Source: Tubulanus polymorphus
Taxonomy: Eukaryota > Animalia > Nemertea
Direction of reading: 5' to 3'
DNA length: 64,000 nucleotides
Assembly: GCF_964204645.1 (NCBI RefSeq)
Contig: NC_134028.1
Span: forward strand, 21,572,345 to 21,636,344
Part shown: piece by piece, positions 62,584 through 64,000 of the stretch
Position numbering within the stretch: the first letter of the stretch is position 1
How the letters are laid out: the number at the start of each line of letters is the position of its first letter
The notes under the pieces: model-generated
What the model was told of the DNA's origin: nothing
What the model saw: the letters and a program-made list of their open reading frames with translations, nothing else
Database searches by the model: none
Translations under genes and position numbers: made by a program

Positions 62584-62626
62584 GTCATATCATGTATACA
62601 TTCTACAGAATTAATTTTTTGAATAA

Positions 62627-62706
62627 GCCGTCGGCTCTCGTCGGTTTCCAGTCAGCTCAGATGGTTCCGGTCGGCTCCGGTCGGTTTCAGTCGGCTCCGG
62701 TCGGTT
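62627..62706. repeat. 10-bp GGTCGGCTCC-type repeat just upstream of the 62737 ATG
   Basis: About 8 degenerate copies of (c/g)gtcgg(c/t)t(c/t)c. Confidence 0.7.
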
Positions 62707-62720
62707 TTTAGCGGCGCAAT

Positions 62721-62742
62721 GGTCACATGATTAAAAATGGCG
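62721..62742 (+). promoter_or_regulatory. Housekeeping-type promoter motifs (E-box/M-box and YY1 site)
   Basis: GGTCACATGA immediately followed by AAAATGGCG overlapping the ATG. Confidence 0.45.
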
Positions 62743-62752
62743 TCGACCATCG
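62737..62752 (+). CDS. Probable first coding exon (MASTI-G/x, phase 1) of an unidentified gene continuing downstream
   Basis: aaaaATGGCGTCGACCATCG|GTAAGT: strong Kozak context and a perfect donor, in a locally GC-rich stretch. Confidence 0.55.
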
Positions 62753-63798
62753 GTAAGTAAAAATCCAAGTCATGATAACAAATTTTACGATTTTTTACTT
62801 GAATCCGGGATCCAGTACCATAGTTTTCGGCTAAGTTTGACTATAGAATGGAGACATGGAAATGGAACAACTTCTCGAATGGAACTGGATCAATAGTCCC
62901 CACACAGGACTGGTTCCACTCGCCAGTAAAACGTCCAAAGGCAAAAACTCAACATTTTGGACACCTGTGTTGTGTAGCCACGTCACGCGCTGTACTGTAG
63001 GCCTACGACTCGTGAATTTATTTGTTTATGATACACTTTTTTCCTTTGTCATTTTGCTCAATTCAGTAGAGCATACATTTCAGTTAGGACGGCCTAGTCT
63101 AGTACCTAGCCCAAGGACTGGAGGATAATTTTCTGACCCTTCAATTCAATTTCACTAAATTTTTATCATTTCTCCGATCAATGCCAATCCGTTGAAAAAT
63201 GGGGGGGGGGGGTGAGGATGTTGACCATGGTTTACCAGCATCTTAAGGATAGATTGGTAGGCCTATGACCATAAAAATGTTTCGCGATCTATTACTTTTT
63301 AAATGCGATCATGTATGTACTAACAAAGCTTTTTCTCTCTGTTGGCCGACCGTGTGTCTGTCTATAGGCCTATATGTCTCTGTATTACTGATTTTTCACT
63401 GAGTGTTGCTCGTGTAGTGCTGAAAACGGCTTTTGCAGCCCGTAACGTGGTGCCGCCTACATTGTTTTGTTATGCAAATGAATAGGTGATGAGCGTCTTG
63501 ACTTATTGACATTATTATTAGGATGTTTAAAATTTTCCGACTTAGTAATGATGGCTTGTTATCATCCCTGCTAGCTGTCATTCCCCTAAGGTGAACCCGT
63601 AACGACGACTGGTATTCAGACTAAAAATGACCCCTCTGCCTCTGGGGCCCTGTAATTTTGAAACCCGAATGTAGACCATGGCTAAATAAGTAATCTCTAC
63701 TGATTTGCCCAAAAAAATCTTTTTTTCAAGTAGCATTTGCATGTAATTTTTTTATGGTCTAACTGCAGTTTAGGTAACCTTTCTACTTAGTCTGTAGC

Positions 63799-63967
63799 AT
63801 CGTTGATGGTAAGCTTTTAAATCGGGTTGTGAAAATATCCAATCGTGAAACTAAACCACAGACAGGTTACTGATTACTTAGTCAGTAATCAGTCTGTGGT
63901 TTAGTTTCATGATCGGATATTTTCATAGTATAAGCCCATCCGATTACAAAAGCTTACCACCAAAGAT
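63799..63967. mobile_element. Palindromic repeat element; partial second copy at about 61484-61592
   Basis: Arms ATCGTTGATGGTAAGCTTTT..GAAAATATCCAATCGTGAAACTAAACCACAGAC and GTCTGTGGTTTAGTTTCATGATCGGATATTTTC..AAAAGCTTACCACCAAAGAT. Confidence 0.7.
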
Positions 63968-64000
63968 TAGGTAACTCAGTACTTTCCACTGTGTGGTGCT

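Overview
AT-rich, intron-rich eukaryotic DNA with GT-AG introns, from an invertebrate animal (lineage is inference only). There are no prokaryotic features. Genes: (1) the 3' part of HGSNAT (+, 11 exons, 1-4427); (2) a convergent, apparently complete class XV unconventional myosin (-, about 59 coding exons, 6880-58132). My hand-spliced model is 8631 nt, about 2876 aa: motor-IQ-MyTH4-Pro-rich/FERM-like-SH3-MyTH4-FERM-PDZ ligand; (3) a single-exon-CDS, strongly diverged SLC18A (VMAT/VAChT-like) transporter nested antisense in myosin intron 13 (37668-38987); (4) the probable first coding exon of another + strand gene at 62737. Introns hold many non-autonomous elements: piggyBac-type (TTAA), PIF/Harbinger-type (CWG/TTA) and pogo/Tc1-type (TA) MITEs, two IS3EU-like foldback elements with 6-bp TSDs and dense TTTGGCG arrays, tRNA-derived SINEs, and decayed Penelope-like hammerhead motifs. 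The most notable items are the nested VMAT-like gene with a rearranged charged-residue network and the pair of foldback elements bracketing an in-frame block of myosin P-loop exons. All coordinates and alignments were made by eye, with no database searches.
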